From an uncultured Bacteroides sp. (GTDB lineage: Bacteria; Bacteroidota; Bacteroidia; Bacteroidales; Muribaculaceae), in assembly GCA_964433215.1 (NCBI GenBank), contig CAYSQI010000002.1:66496-130495 (forward strand): a DNA stretch of 64,000 bases, read 5' to 3'. A program made the position numbers and the translations under genes. Shown one piece after another: positions 21,029 through 30,432 of this stretch. The notes beneath the pieces are model-generated. The model saw nothing but the letters and a program-made list of their open reading frames with translations, was not told where the DNA came from and made no database searches. How positions within the stretch are numbered: the first letter of the stretch is position 1; each line of letters starts with the position of its first letter.

Positions 21029-21208
21029 AATGGGTCTTAATCAATTTATATATAAAAACAATCTAATCACCTGATTAGTTTGATGCGCTCAAGTGTACAC
21101 AGAGTCAAAAAGTCGGAGCGCTCTTTCTTGCAGAGTTCGGTGGCGATAGCCGTGCTATGGCTGAGTTTACGGCTATGATTACTACACTAATTTAGTATTT
21201 CAAGTATC

Positions 21209-22597
21209 TCAAAACGCATTGCTTTCGCCATGAATGGCGTTGATTACCGTGCGCACGATAATCTTCAGATCGAGCAGGAACGTCCAGTTTTCGATGTACC
21301 AGACGTCGTACTGCACTCGTTTTTCCATCTTCCAGACTTCGTCGGTGATGCCACGGTAGCCGTTGACTTGGGCCCAGCCGGTGATGCCGGGCTTGACGAG
21401 GTGTCGCACCATGTATTGGTCGACGATTTTGGAGTATTCTTCGGTGTGCTTCACCATGTGCGGGCGCGGCCCTACGACCGACATTTCGCCCTTCAGGACG
21501 TTGATAAACTGAGGGAGCTCGTCGAGCGAGGTGCGCCGCAGGAAGTCGCCCAGTCGAGTCTTACGCGGGTCGTCGCGAGTGGCTTGCGCTTTATCGGCGT
21601 CGATGTTGACGCGCATAGTTCGGAATTTCAGGCACCAAAAATCGGAGCCGCGGTAGCCGGTGCGCTTCTGCTTGAAGTAGACGGGGCCGGGCGAGCTAAT
21701 CTTGATAGCAATGGCTATCGGCAGGTAGATAAGCGGGTAGAAGCACAGGAATAACGATGAAAAGAGGATGTCGAAACCGCGTTTTACCAGTCGGTTGATA
21801 GTCTTTTTGAGAGGATTGCGACGGATTGACAGAACGGGCACAGCGCCGATGGTGTCCATCTGGAAGCTGCGCGATATGTACTGAGAAATTTGCGGCACGT
21901 AGAAGAAGTCGACCACGTTGTCGTCGGCAACCTTCACGACTTTCGTGAGTATCTCGGCGTGGCCGGGCATCGTGTAGTAGATTTGGTCGATAGCGTTGGC
22001 CTTCACGAAGGCGTCGAGTGAGTCGAGTGTGCCACAGTAGCGCCCAACGAAGTCGGGCCGCCACTCGCGGTCGAAAAATCCCATGATTTTGTAGCCGAAG
22101 CCGGGGTCGCTGAGCATCTGGTCGTAGAGCCGTCGAGCCGTGGCATTGGTGCCGACGATAACGACACGCTTGTAGTTGTAGCCACGTCGGCGATAGTTCT
22201 TGATGAGGCGTTGCGAGGCTAGCGACCACACTACGTGTGCTGCGATGAGCATGCCGTAGTAAGTGAAATAAAAGCGCGGCGGTAAATGGACGACGTCGGT
22301 CAGCGTTATCAGCGACATGAAGAACAGGGCGTAGAGCCCAACGGTGGCCAGCGAGTCGACGGCAACACGGTCGAGCTGTATGGCTCGGAGGTCGTCGCCT
22401 CGACGCCAGACGCGGATGATGACGGGGACGAAGCTAAGGTTGACGAAAAGCCACAAAAAGCCCGTAGACGTAGCGTCTCCGCTCATTCCGGGGTAGATGA
22501 GCTGAGTTATCAAGAAAAAGAAGTTGACCAGCGCCCAGTCGACAGCGGTGAGCGCAGGTCGTACATATCGTCCGTATCTTTGTCCTTTGTTCTTCAA
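21209..22597 (-). CDS. Undecaprenyl-phosphate glucose phosphotransferase (WcaJ-like initiating transferase)
   Basis: Four N-terminal TM segments, KRGFDI, FKQKRTG, KFRTM, DELPQFINVLKGEMSVVGPRP, KPGITGWAQVNG. Confidence 0.93.
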   Translation of the reverse strand: MKNKGQRYGRYVRPALTAVDWALVNFFFLITQLIYPGMSGDATSTGFLWLFVNLSFVPVIIRVWRRGDDLRAIQLDRVAVDSLATVGLYALFFMSLITLTDVVHLPPRFYFTYYGMLIAAHVVWSLASQRLIKNYRRRGYNYKRVVIVGTNATARRLYDQMLSDPGFGYKIMGFFDREWRPDFVGRYCGTLDSLDAFVKANAIDQIYYTMPGHAEILTKVVKVADDNVVDFFYVPQISQYISRSFQMDTIGAVPVLSIRRNPLKKTINRLVKRGFDILFSSLFLCFYPLIYLPIAIAIKISSPGPVYFKQKRTGYRGSDFWCLKFRTMRVNIDADKAQATRDDPRKTRLGDFLRRTSLDELPQFINVLKGEMSVVGPRPHMVKHTEEYSKIVDQYMVRHLVKPGITGWAQVNGYRGITDEVWKMEKRVQYDVWYIENWTFLLDLKIIVRTVINAIHGESNAF

Positions 22598-22674
22598 AGT
22601 CGAGTCGTATATCCACTATTAGTGGCCGCCTGCACCGATGTGGTGGTGCGGGCGGCCATAAGCGGTGAAGAATA

Positions 22675-24501
22675 TTAAAGTTTGGCGGTTACGACCTTGA
22701 TTTTTTCTTCGAGGTCGGCAATGTCGGCGCGCAGAGCATCGGCCTTGCGTTCGAATTCCTTGAGCATTGAGTTGCCCGATTTGCTCTTCGACGACAGGAA
22801 GCCGAGATTGTTTTCGTAAGTGCGTAGTTCCTGGCGTCGAGCTTCGAGTGCGCGAGTGAGTTTTTCGCGTTCGCGATAGAGTTTGTTGTCGTCGCCTTCG
22901 ATAGCGCTGACGGTCTGCTGGAAGCGTTCCATGCGGGCTTGAGAGCGGCGCAGGTTGAGCTGGTCGCGGATGGCGTCGAGCTGCTGGCGATAAGCGTCAT
23001 AGACTTTGTCTTTCTCGCGGAAAGGTACGTGGCCGATTTCTTTCCAGCGGTCTTGCAGCTGGCGCATACGTTCGATGGCTTCTTCGCGCGGGGTGTCGGC
23101 TGTGATTTCGGCCAGGGCGGCAATTACTTCGCGCTTGGCTTTGAGATTTTCGTTCTCTTCGCGTCGAGCGCCCGATGTTGCTTTCTTTTTCTGTTCGAAG
23201 AAGTGGTCGCAGGCGGCTAAGAAGCGTTTCCACACGGCGTCGCTATATTTTTTCGCAACGGTGCCGATGGTTTTCCATTCCTTCTGCATAGCTACGAATT
23301 CGTCGGTAGCAGCTTTCCAGTCGGTGCTGTCCTTGAGTGCTTCGGCACGTTCGGCCAGAGCAGTCTTGCGAGCCAGGTTATTGGCCAGCTCTTCGCGAGT
23401 GGTCTGGAAGTATTCAGCTTTGGCAGCGAAGAATTTGTCGCAGAGTTCGCGGAAACGGGCGAACAGGGCTTTGTTCATCTTCTTCGAAGCGAATCCGTAA
23501 GTACGCCATTTCTGCTGAAGCTCCATTACTTGCTTGGTGACTTCATCCCAAGCGGAGAAAGACTTGATAGCATCCAGGTCGATAGCTTCGAGCTCGGCAA
23601 TCAGTGCGCTCTTGCCGGCTTCGTTCTCGGCTTCGCGAGCTTTGCGAGCTTCGAAGTGAGCTTGGTAGCGCTTGTTGATTTCGGCAGATGCGGCCTTGAA
23701 TTTATCCCAGATTTCTTCGCGGAATTCTTTGGCAACCGGGCCGATGCGACGCCATTTGTTGTGCAGCTCTTGTAGGCGGCGGTATGCGGTGATGATATCG
23801 TCGTCGGTGAGGAGGCTTTCGGCTTCGTCGAGCAGCAGTTGCTTGCTATCGAGGTTTTTCTTGAAGTCGTAGTCGCGCAGCTCTTTGTTAATCTTGAGGT
23901 TGTCGGAGTAGCGTTCGCGAGCTTCCTGGAATTTTTTCCAAACGGCGGTGTCGTCGGTGGCGGGAACTTCGCCGATGGAGTTGAATTCTTCTTGCAGCTC
24001 GCGGTAGCGCGGGAATGTGCGGTTGACGTTGTCGGTATCTTCGGCTAGAGCGATGATTTCGGCGATGATAGCTTGCTTGCGTTCGAGGTTTGCAGCTTTG
24101 GCGGCTTCCTGCTCGGCGGTGTAAGCGGCTTTTTTATCGCGTATGGTGTTGAAGAGGTTTTTGAGCTCCTCTTCAGCTTCCGGCTCTGTTTTTAGGAAAG
24201 CGTTGATCTGTTGGCGAATTCGTCGCACGTCGTCGGCCGAGATGTCGGCAGCATCGCGGTCGGCAATTTCTTGGCAAACGGCGACAAGCTGGTCGTGCGT
24301 CATTTCGACAGCGACCTCGGCGTTTTCAGCATCGGTCATTTCGTCTTCGGCAACTTCTTCGGGGTCAACGCCGTCGACGAGGACCGGTTGCTCAGTTTCT
24401 TCGATAGTGGCACCGGCTTCGGCGGGTGCAGCTGTTGGGAGGGTTGTTTCTTCGGCTTTTACAGAAGCCAAATCGGGATCAAGCATTTCCATAGTTTTCA
24501 T
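22675..24501 (-). CDS. DUF349 repeat protein
   Basis: Repeated NL..K..L..EAE.L...W......LQ..W..IG.V..E..W..F helical units. Confidence 0.88.
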   Translation of the reverse strand: MKTMEMLDPDLASVKAEETTLPTAAPAEAGATIEETEQPVLVDGVDPEEVAEDEMTDAENAEVAVEMTHDQLVAVCQEIADRDAADISADDVRRIRQQINAFLKTEPEAEEELKNLFNTIRDKKAAYTAEQEAAKAANLERKQAIIAEIIALAEDTDNVNRTFPRYRELQEEFNSIGEVPATDDTAVWKKFQEARERYSDNLKINKELRDYDFKKNLDSKQLLLDEAESLLTDDDIITAYRRLQELHNKWRRIGPVAKEFREEIWDKFKAASAEINKRYQAHFEARKAREAENEAGKSALIAELEAIDLDAIKSFSAWDEVTKQVMELQQKWRTYGFASKKMNKALFARFRELCDKFFAAKAEYFQTTREELANNLARKTALAERAEALKDSTDWKAATDEFVAMQKEWKTIGTVAKKYSDAVWKRFLAACDHFFEQKKKATSGARREENENLKAKREVIAALAEITADTPREEAIERMRQLQDRWKEIGHVPFREKDKVYDAYRQQLDAIRDQLNLRRSQARMERFQQTVSAIEGDDNKLYREREKLTRALEARRQELRTYENNLGFLSSKSKSGNSMLKEFERKADALRADIADLEEKIKVVTAKL

Positions 24502-24635
24502 TTAGTTTTGCCCGCAGGCACGTTTGGGCTTCAAATTTACACATTTTTTTTACAACTGCAAAAAAAAGTTATTTTTTATGCTGTTTTTGTTGTTTGACGT
24601 AAAAGTATTAACTTTGCTAATATAAAATATATGTA

Positions 24636-26045
24636 ATGCCTCGACAGTCGCAAGCGCAAACTCAGCAACAGCAATTAGGACAGAAATTAAGTCCACAGCA
24701 GGTGGCCTTCGGTCGCGTGCTGGAGATGTCTGCTGCCGAATTTGAGGAAGAAACTCGTCGCACCATCGATGAAAATCCGGCCCTTGAGGTAGTCGAATCT
24801 CAGCCAGATGAAACGCCCGGCGCGGGCGAAGGTGATTTTAACGAGACGGCCGAGCAGCTGCAGCAGGGAGATTATGTCAGTGAGGATGATATGCCTACAT
24901 ACCCACAATCACGGCAGCAACGCTCGTCTTACGAGGATTATACTCATGGCTCCGGACAAGCCGACGACACTGCTTCGGGTTACGAACTGCTTGAACATCA
25001 GCTCGACATGGAGGATTTGGATGCTCTCGACCGCTCTATTGCTACTTATATTATCGGAAATATCGATGACAATGGCCGCCTGACGCGCTCTGTCGTGCAG
25101 ATTGCCGATGATATTGCCATCGCTGCCGGCCTCGACATCAGCGAGACAGATGTGGAACGCGTGCTGAGTGTAGTGCGTTCGCTTGAGCCGGCCGGAATTG
25201 CCGCATTCGATTTGCGCGACTGCTTGCTGCTACAGCTCGACCGAAAGGATACGACCCGGCAGGACGTAGCTGATGCCCGTATGATAATTGCCGACAAATT
25301 CGAGTTGTTTTCAAACCGGCATTTCGATCGCTTAGGCTTGTCGCGCGAGCGGGTAGATGCAGCTCGAAAGGTAATTCGAGGTTTGAACCCCAAGCCGGGT
25401 TCGTTGCTCCAACTTTCGGCAAGTGCTGACCGCACTCGCCAGATCTCGCCTGACTTTTTCGTAGATGTTGACCACAATGGGCGCGTGTCGGTGTCGCTTG
25501 CCGGAAATATCCCGGAGCTTGCCGTGGACCGCTCGTTTCAGATTGATGCCGGTCGTCCTGACGAAAAGGCATTTATAAAAGAACGTCGCGACCAGGCATT
25601 GGCCTTCATAGATATGTCGCGTCGTCGCACGCAGACGCTTCTTGACGTAATGGAGGCTATAGTGCGACTTCAGCCTGATTTTTTTAAAACATTCGACCGG
25701 AGCAGTCTCCGTCCGATGGTATTGAGAGATGTGAAGGCTTTGACGGGACACGATTTAAGTGTGATTTCTCGAGCGACTGCATCGAAATATGTATCTACTC
25801 CGCAAGGCAATTTCTTGCTAAAGTCGCTGTTTAGTGAAGCATCCGGCGACAATAATGAGATGTCGTCGCATGCAGTCCTTGATGCACTTAAGCAGATTGT
25901 GGAGAATGAGGATCCGGCTTCGCCGCTTTCGGATGATGCTATTAGCGAGGCTCTCGCTAATCAGGGTATCGCTATCGCTCGCCGTACCGTAGCTAAATAT
26001 CGCGAAAGGCTCGGCATACCGGTTGCGCGTTTGCGTCGTAACTAA
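24636..26045 (+). CDS. rpoN: RNA polymerase sigma-54 factor
   Basis: Q-rich region I, ENPALE, RpoN box ARRTVAKYRE. Confidence 0.96.
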   Translation: MPRQSQAQTQQQQLGQKLSPQQVAFGRVLEMSAAEFEEETRRTIDENPALEVVESQPDETPGAGEGDFNETAEQLQQGDYVSEDDMPTYPQSRQQRSSYEDYTHGSGQADDTASGYELLEHQLDMEDLDALDRSIATYIIGNIDDNGRLTRSVVQIADDIAIAAGLDISETDVERVLSVVRSLEPAGIAAFDLRDCLLLQLDRKDTTRQDVADARMIIADKFELFSNRHFDRLGLSRERVDAARKVIRGLNPKPGSLLQLSASADRTRQISPDFFVDVDHNGRVSVSLAGNIPELAVDRSFQIDAGRPDEKAFIKERRDQALAFIDMSRRRTQTLLDVMEAIVRLQPDFFKTFDRSSLRPMVLRDVKALTGHDLSVISRATASKYVSTPQGNFLLKSLFSEASGDNNEMSSHAVLDALKQIVENEDPASPLSDDAISEALANQGIAIARRTVAKYRERLGIPVARLRRN

Positions 26046-26060
26046 TTTCGGTAGGTATAT

Positions 26061-26194
26061 AAACAAACGGGGCCTCTCTCACGAGAAGCCTCCTGCATGA
26101 TAACCTTTAAAACCTTAAACCAAATTATAATCTTTTTTACCTTAAATTGTCCTTCGGGTTTGGTACCCTATTCGGTGTTGTTCCGAACTTTTGA
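26061..26194 (-). ncRNA. Candidate small noncoding RNA, divergent from the DUF6377 regulator
   Basis: TAATTTTG -7 motif (26207-26200), about 135 nt with no credible ORF, internal hairpins, four AAGG motifs, GTGA-tetraloop hairpin (26071-26090) followed by GTTTGTTT. Confidence 0.45.
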
Positions 26195-26373
26195 CAATGC
26201 AAAATTACTGCTTTAGCTCACCCTCGGCAAGTACGTATATGACCTTTGTGAGTCGATATAAATTGCATACATTATTTAATCATTGATAATCATCGATATA
26301 ACATACTTGAAATATAAATAGAAATTGAGAATTGTATAACTCGGTTTTCGGAAAATATTACTATATTTGCAGC

Positions 26374-27951
26374 ATGAAACCCCGTCGAATTCTTCAGCTT
26401 TTCTTTCTCTCGCTTGCTGTGATGGTGCAGACGATGGATTTGTCGGCCGTCGAACGTCCCAAGCGCCTTTGCGATGCAATCACGGACCTCGATGAAGCAA
26501 TAGTCAATCGCAATGTTTACCGAGAACGTTGCTATCGGTCGATTGACTCTTTGCGAGCGCAATATGTTGCTTCGTCCGATTTTGATATTTGTCGCCGGTT
26601 GAGTAAAGCTTTTGCCGATGTAAATGCCGATTCGGCCTTTTATTATTTGTATCAGGCTCATGATATTGCAGAATGCCGCGCCGATTTGCAGGCTCACAGT
26701 CGAGTCTTGCTCGATTATGCCAATATGTTGCATCGAGGTATGTTGTATGCTGATGCTCTTGATGTTATAGATTCTGTGAATGTCGCTTCGCTCTCGCGCG
26801 CAGACAGTATCGCATACTATTCTATTCTTAGTCGGACATGTATGAGCGCTTCTCAGCAGCAGATACTATTCAGCTCGCGAAGTGATTATTGTTCGCGAGC
26901 TTTAGCCGCTCTTGATTCGTTAGTAAGCTTTTTCCCGGATGGTACAATAGCTCGCCATATCACTCAGGCACAAATATATTATTTAGAAGGAGATATGACC
27001 CTCGGAGTCGGGGAGCTAAATGAAGCCTACGAAAGTATGGAGCCCGGTCACGAGGCAAATGCTGCCTTAACGAGTATGCTTGCTGCATATTATAAGACGA
27101 AGCCTTCGGCGCGAGAGGAGTATCTTTATTATTTGGCTCTTTCGGCGGCTTCCGATGTGCGTTCTGTCAATGGCGAGCCATTGTCGCTTGTAGCTTTGGC
27201 CTCCGAGTTGTTCAGCGATGGAGATGTCGACCGTGCATATAGCTATTTGAATGCGGCTGCTGAAACTCTAAATAGCTCGGGCTCAACCCTTCTCAGTACA
27301 GATATTATCAAGCCACTGACGGAAGTAAATAGCCATATACTCGCACGCGAAAGCAGAGCTCGCAATAAATATTTGGTAATTATTGGCATTTGTTGTGCTG
27401 TAGCGCTGCTGTTTGTGATACTCTATGTGGCGCGTCGGCGGAGTATTGCGCAGCGCGACAGACTTATTCAGACGCTGTCCGACACTGTGAGCAATCGCGA
27501 GCTTTATATCAGCCAATTGCTCAATATCTGCTCGGTGTATTTGGAAAGTATGGAGGACTTTAACCGACTTGTCGGTCGCAAACTTAAAGCGGGTCAAGCA
27601 AAAGATCTTTATTCTGATGTAGAATCCGGTAAGTGGCTTCATGAGTGCAATGAGCGTTTCTTTGAAGCGTTTGATGCTGCAGTGCTAAAGATTTACCCTG
27701 ACTTTGTGGCGCAGGTAAATCGGCTGCTTCAGTCTGATAAGCCTTTGGCGCAACCTGCTTCGGGTCGTTTGTCGCCCGAGTTGCGTATTATCGCATTTAT
27801 GCTTCTGGGAGTTGAAGATTCTACGCGCATATCGAAGTTTCTCGGACTATCGCTCACTACGATTTATACCTATCGCAATCGAGTGAAATCACGCGCTATC
27901 GATAAGGATAATTTTGATGCAGATATACTTAAGATTGGAAAAATCGCTTAA
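26374..27951 (+). CDS. SusR-like/DUF6377 membrane-spanning transcriptional regulator (periplasmic TPR-like region, one TM, C-terminal LuxR-type HTH)
   Basis: Signal peptide from MKPRRILQ (26374); TM YLVIIGICCAVALLFVILYVA; FDAAVLKIYPDFV...LSPELRIIAFMLLG...ISKFLGLSLTTIYTYRNRVK. Confidence 0.85.
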   Translation: MKPRRILQLFFLSLAVMVQTMDLSAVERPKRLCDAITDLDEAIVNRNVYRERCYRSIDSLRAQYVASSDFDICRRLSKAFADVNADSAFYYLYQAHDIAECRADLQAHSRVLLDYANMLHRGMLYADALDVIDSVNVASLSRADSIAYYSILSRTCMSASQQQILFSSRSDYCSRALAALDSLVSFFPDGTIARHITQAQIYYLEGDMTLGVGELNEAYESMEPGHEANAALTSMLAAYYKTKPSAREEYLYYLALSAASDVRSVNGEPLSLVALASELFSDGDVDRAYSYLNAAAETLNSSGSTLLSTDIIKPLTEVNSHILARESRARNKYLVIIGICCAVALLFVILYVARRRSIAQRDRLIQTLSDTVSNRELYISQLLNICSVYLESMEDFNRLVGRKLKAGQAKDLYSDVESGKWLHECNERFFEAFDAAVLKIYPDFVAQVNRLLQSDKPLAQPASGRLSPELRIIAFMLLGVEDSTRISKFLGLSLTTIYTYRNRVKSRAIDKDNFDADILKIGKIA

Positions 27952-28093
27952 GTATACACTTATATTTTTATTCTTTCAATATTTGTTAATACCTCTGAAT
28001 ATCAAGAATATAATTTTAGATTTTCCTTAAATCTATTTATATTGCATTTCGATAGGAGCATTTTTTGCTTGCATCGTTGCTAAATTTGCATTG

Positions 28094-28232
28094 TAAATAA
28101 TATTTAGGTCTAAGATTCAAGGATATTATTAAGGATTATTCAGAAGGAATTTACAAGGATTAAAAAAATGGTTTTAGGTATTTAGTGTTAGACCACACAC
28201 AGAAAAGTCGAACCGCGAGGTTCGACTTTTCT
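28094..28232 (+). ncRNA. Candidate small noncoding RNA downstream of the DUF6377 regulator
   Basis: TAAATTTG -7 motif (28081-28088), about 140 nt with no credible ORF, AAGGA at 28119/28131/28144/28155, ends in a strong GCGA-loop terminator. Confidence 0.5.
28201..28232. terminator. Bidirectional intrinsic terminator
   Basis: AGAAAAGTCGAACC-GCGA-GGTTCGACTTTTCT perfect 14-bp stem. Confidence 0.88.
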
Positions 28233-28255
28233 ACTTGTATGAGTATTCGTAATTC

Positions 28256-29095
28256 TTAGAATTTCTTTCGCGGAAACGCGTCGATGTAGCTGCCGGTCGT
28301 TGAGTTGTAGATATTTACACCTTTCTTTCGAGCAAATCGAGCTATCTGATGATAGCTGTTGAAGGCTATATAGAAGCTCTTGAGTATGTCGTGTAGGTGG
28401 TAGCCTTTGTATTCGGTGACGCTGCGCGTAGTCTCGGCTTCGGAGTCTTTGTAGAAATGAGGCTGTATGGATACTACATTGTTGTTGTCGTTGACGCGAA
28501 TAGTTTCGAGCCACGAGTGGTCGGCGCCGGCAATGTAAATATCTTTAAAACCGGCGTTTATGCCGAGCATTATCGAAGGAATCAGTACGTTGCGCGGACG
28601 CGGCATAGCGCGACCGGCAGCGAATGCGCGGTCTTCGAGCCATGCGAAAGCGTCGATACCTACGAAGTTGAATGTTGCGATTTCGACATTAGTTTTCGGG
28701 CCGAGCAGTTTCTTGGCTTGTTTGTATCGCGTGGTAGGAACGAATAACGTCATGGCGTGTTCGGAGTGGCTTATGTTGCTCCAAAGCGATTGTACGTTTT
28801 CATTGTTGAGCCCGGTGAAAAAATGCGGGTCGGCCAGCACGTAGAAGTCGGGTTGAATTATTTGAAATTCAGGGGTGTTGGCCATGAAGTTTACGCAGAG
28901 CGTCGTTGCGCTCTTGAGGTATTCTGTTCTCTCGGCCAGAGTTTGCTTCAACGACGGACCGTTGGCCAATATCACAAGCGGCTCATCAGCTTTGGGTGTG
29001 CGCGCAGTGTTGATAGTGCGTCGCGATGACACGATTATTTTGGCGAGAGCGAATAAAGACGAGCCTGTAAGTCTTAAAAAATCAGAGGCTTTCAT
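28256..29095 (-). CDS. DUF115/Maf-like or GT42 (Cst-II-like) putative nonulosonate transferase
   Basis: LVILANGPSL, LCVNF, YVLADP, IYIAGADHSW...HFY resemble the Rossmann-like GT42/Maf motifs; lies at the end of a glycan gene run. Confidence 0.6.
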   Translation of the reverse strand: MKASDFLRLTGSSLFALAKIIVSSRRTINTARTPKADEPLVILANGPSLKQTLAERTEYLKSATTLCVNFMANTPEFQIIQPDFYVLADPHFFTGLNNENVQSLWSNISHSEHAMTLFVPTTRYKQAKKLLGPKTNVEIATFNFVGIDAFAWLEDRAFAAGRAMPRPRNVLIPSIMLGINAGFKDIYIAGADHSWLETIRVNDNNNVVSIQPHFYKDSEAETTRSVTEYKGYHLHDILKSFYIAFNSYHQIARFARKKGVNIYNSTTGSYIDAFPRKKF

Positions 29096-29684
29096 CGTCG
29101 TAAACGTGAGTGGTGAGATATTCTGTTACGGGTGTCGGGCAGAAGTTGAACTGAGCCGCGAAATCGGCGCCGTCGGTCAAGTCGTCGGTGGTGATTAGGC
29201 TTATGAGTTCGCGTGTCATCAGCAGTCGAGTCCAGAAGCCTTTCAGCCGGTAGATTCGTCGGCCTTGGATGCGCGAGGCCAGCGCTTCGGCCAGTTGTTC
29301 GTAAGTAGGGTCGGCGAGATCGGTAATTGTGTGGTTGCCGGCTGAGTTGTATGCTAATGCTACGGCGCGAGCCACGTCGGATGCGTGTACTGTGGAAATG
29401 CGAGCCGCGTTGCCTGCGATGTGATAGAGGCGACCGCCGGCAATAGCTTTGGCAATCTCCATCGGCTTGCCGTTCATGCCGGTGCCGACGATGTTGGGGC
29501 AGAAAAAGCCGGCAGCGTCCGCAGGCTTTTCGGCCAATCGACTTTTATCCTGAGTGATGAAAACGGAGTAGTCGGCCTGTGTGTCGGTTCCGACAAGGTC
29601 GAAATCGGGCATTTCGCGAGCGATATATGGTGTTACGAATTCGCAGTCGTTGGCTATTACTCGCAGGGTGGGTTTATCGTTCAT
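29082..29684 (-). CDS. Degenerate extended-SDR (epimerase/dehydratase-fold) protein
   Basis: PNIVGTG and STVHASDVARAV..A match the SDR C-terminal part; no GxxGxxG or YxxxK visible. Confidence 0.6.
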   Translation of the reverse strand: MNDKPTLRVIANDCEFVTPYIAREMPDFDLVGTDTQADYSVFITQDKSRLAEKPADAAGFFCPNIVGTGMNGKPMEIAKAIAGGRLYHIAGNAARISTVHASDVARAVALAYNSAGNHTITDLADPTYEQLAEALASRIQGRRIYRLKGFWTRLLMTRELISLITTDDLTDGADFAAQFNFCPTPVTEYLTTHVYDDESL

Positions 29685-30432
29685 AAGTCGGACCGGTAAA
29701 AATGTTTTTGATGACCATGAAGTATTTGAAAAGTAAGCGTAGCGGATTGGCCGGTAGGCCGTTGAGGCGTAGCGCTTTCAGTTTTTCGCGGTTGTTGTAC
29801 CAAATTCGCGACACGAAGGCTGTAGATCGTCCACCGGTCGTCATTTCGGCTAACACCATCGGTAAATATTTGCCTTTGAGTGATTTATTAGTAAAAAGGC
29901 GGATCCAATAGTCGAAGTCGGCCGCGTTGGGCATATCTAGTCGGTAGTCGCCGACCCTTTTGTATGCGTCAGTGCGGATGTAGAGTGTCGGATGTGGTGG
30001 GACTACTCCGCCGCAGAGTTGGTCGGGGGAGAAGTTGCCGGAATAGTAAATGCGCACGTGTTTGCGAGAGGCCGGCTTCACGTAGCGCAAGTCGCCGTAG
30101 ATAAAGTCGAGCTCCGGGTCGGCTTCGAATTGTTGCCCGATAACTTCAAGGATGTTGCTATCGGGCATAAGGTCGTTGCCGTGGACAAAGCCCAGGATGT
30201 CGCCCTCGGCAATGCTGAAGCCGTAGTTGAGGGCATCGTAGACCCCTCTGCGCTGTCGACGGATATATTTCACGCCGGGGAATTCGCTGACGACCCGGGC
30301 GGTGTCGTCGGTCGACATGCCGTCGATGACGATATGCTCCAACTCGTCATAGTGCTGGTCGGCCACGCTTTGTAGGGCTCTGCGCAGGGCTTCGGCTTCG
30401 TTGAGTGTTGCTGTTATGATAGATATCTTCAT
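29674..30432 (-). CDS. GT2 glycosyltransferase (WcaE-like)
   Basis: From ATG 30432: MKISIITATLN...IVIDGMSTD...GVYDALNYG...GFVHGND...HPTLY...ADFD; ATGA overlap with the upstream gene. Confidence 0.92.
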   Translation of the reverse strand: MKISIITATLNEAEALRRALQSVADQHYDELEHIVIDGMSTDDTARVVSEFPGVKYIRRQRRGVYDALNYGFSIAEGDILGFVHGNDLMPDSNILEVIGQQFEADPELDFIYGDLRYVKPASRKHVRIYYSGNFSPDQLCGGVVPPHPTLYIRTDAYKRVGDYRLDMPNAADFDYWIRLFTNKSLKGKYLPMVLAEMTTGGRSTAFVSRIWYNNREKLKALRLNGLPANPLRLLFKYFMVIKNIFTGPTYER

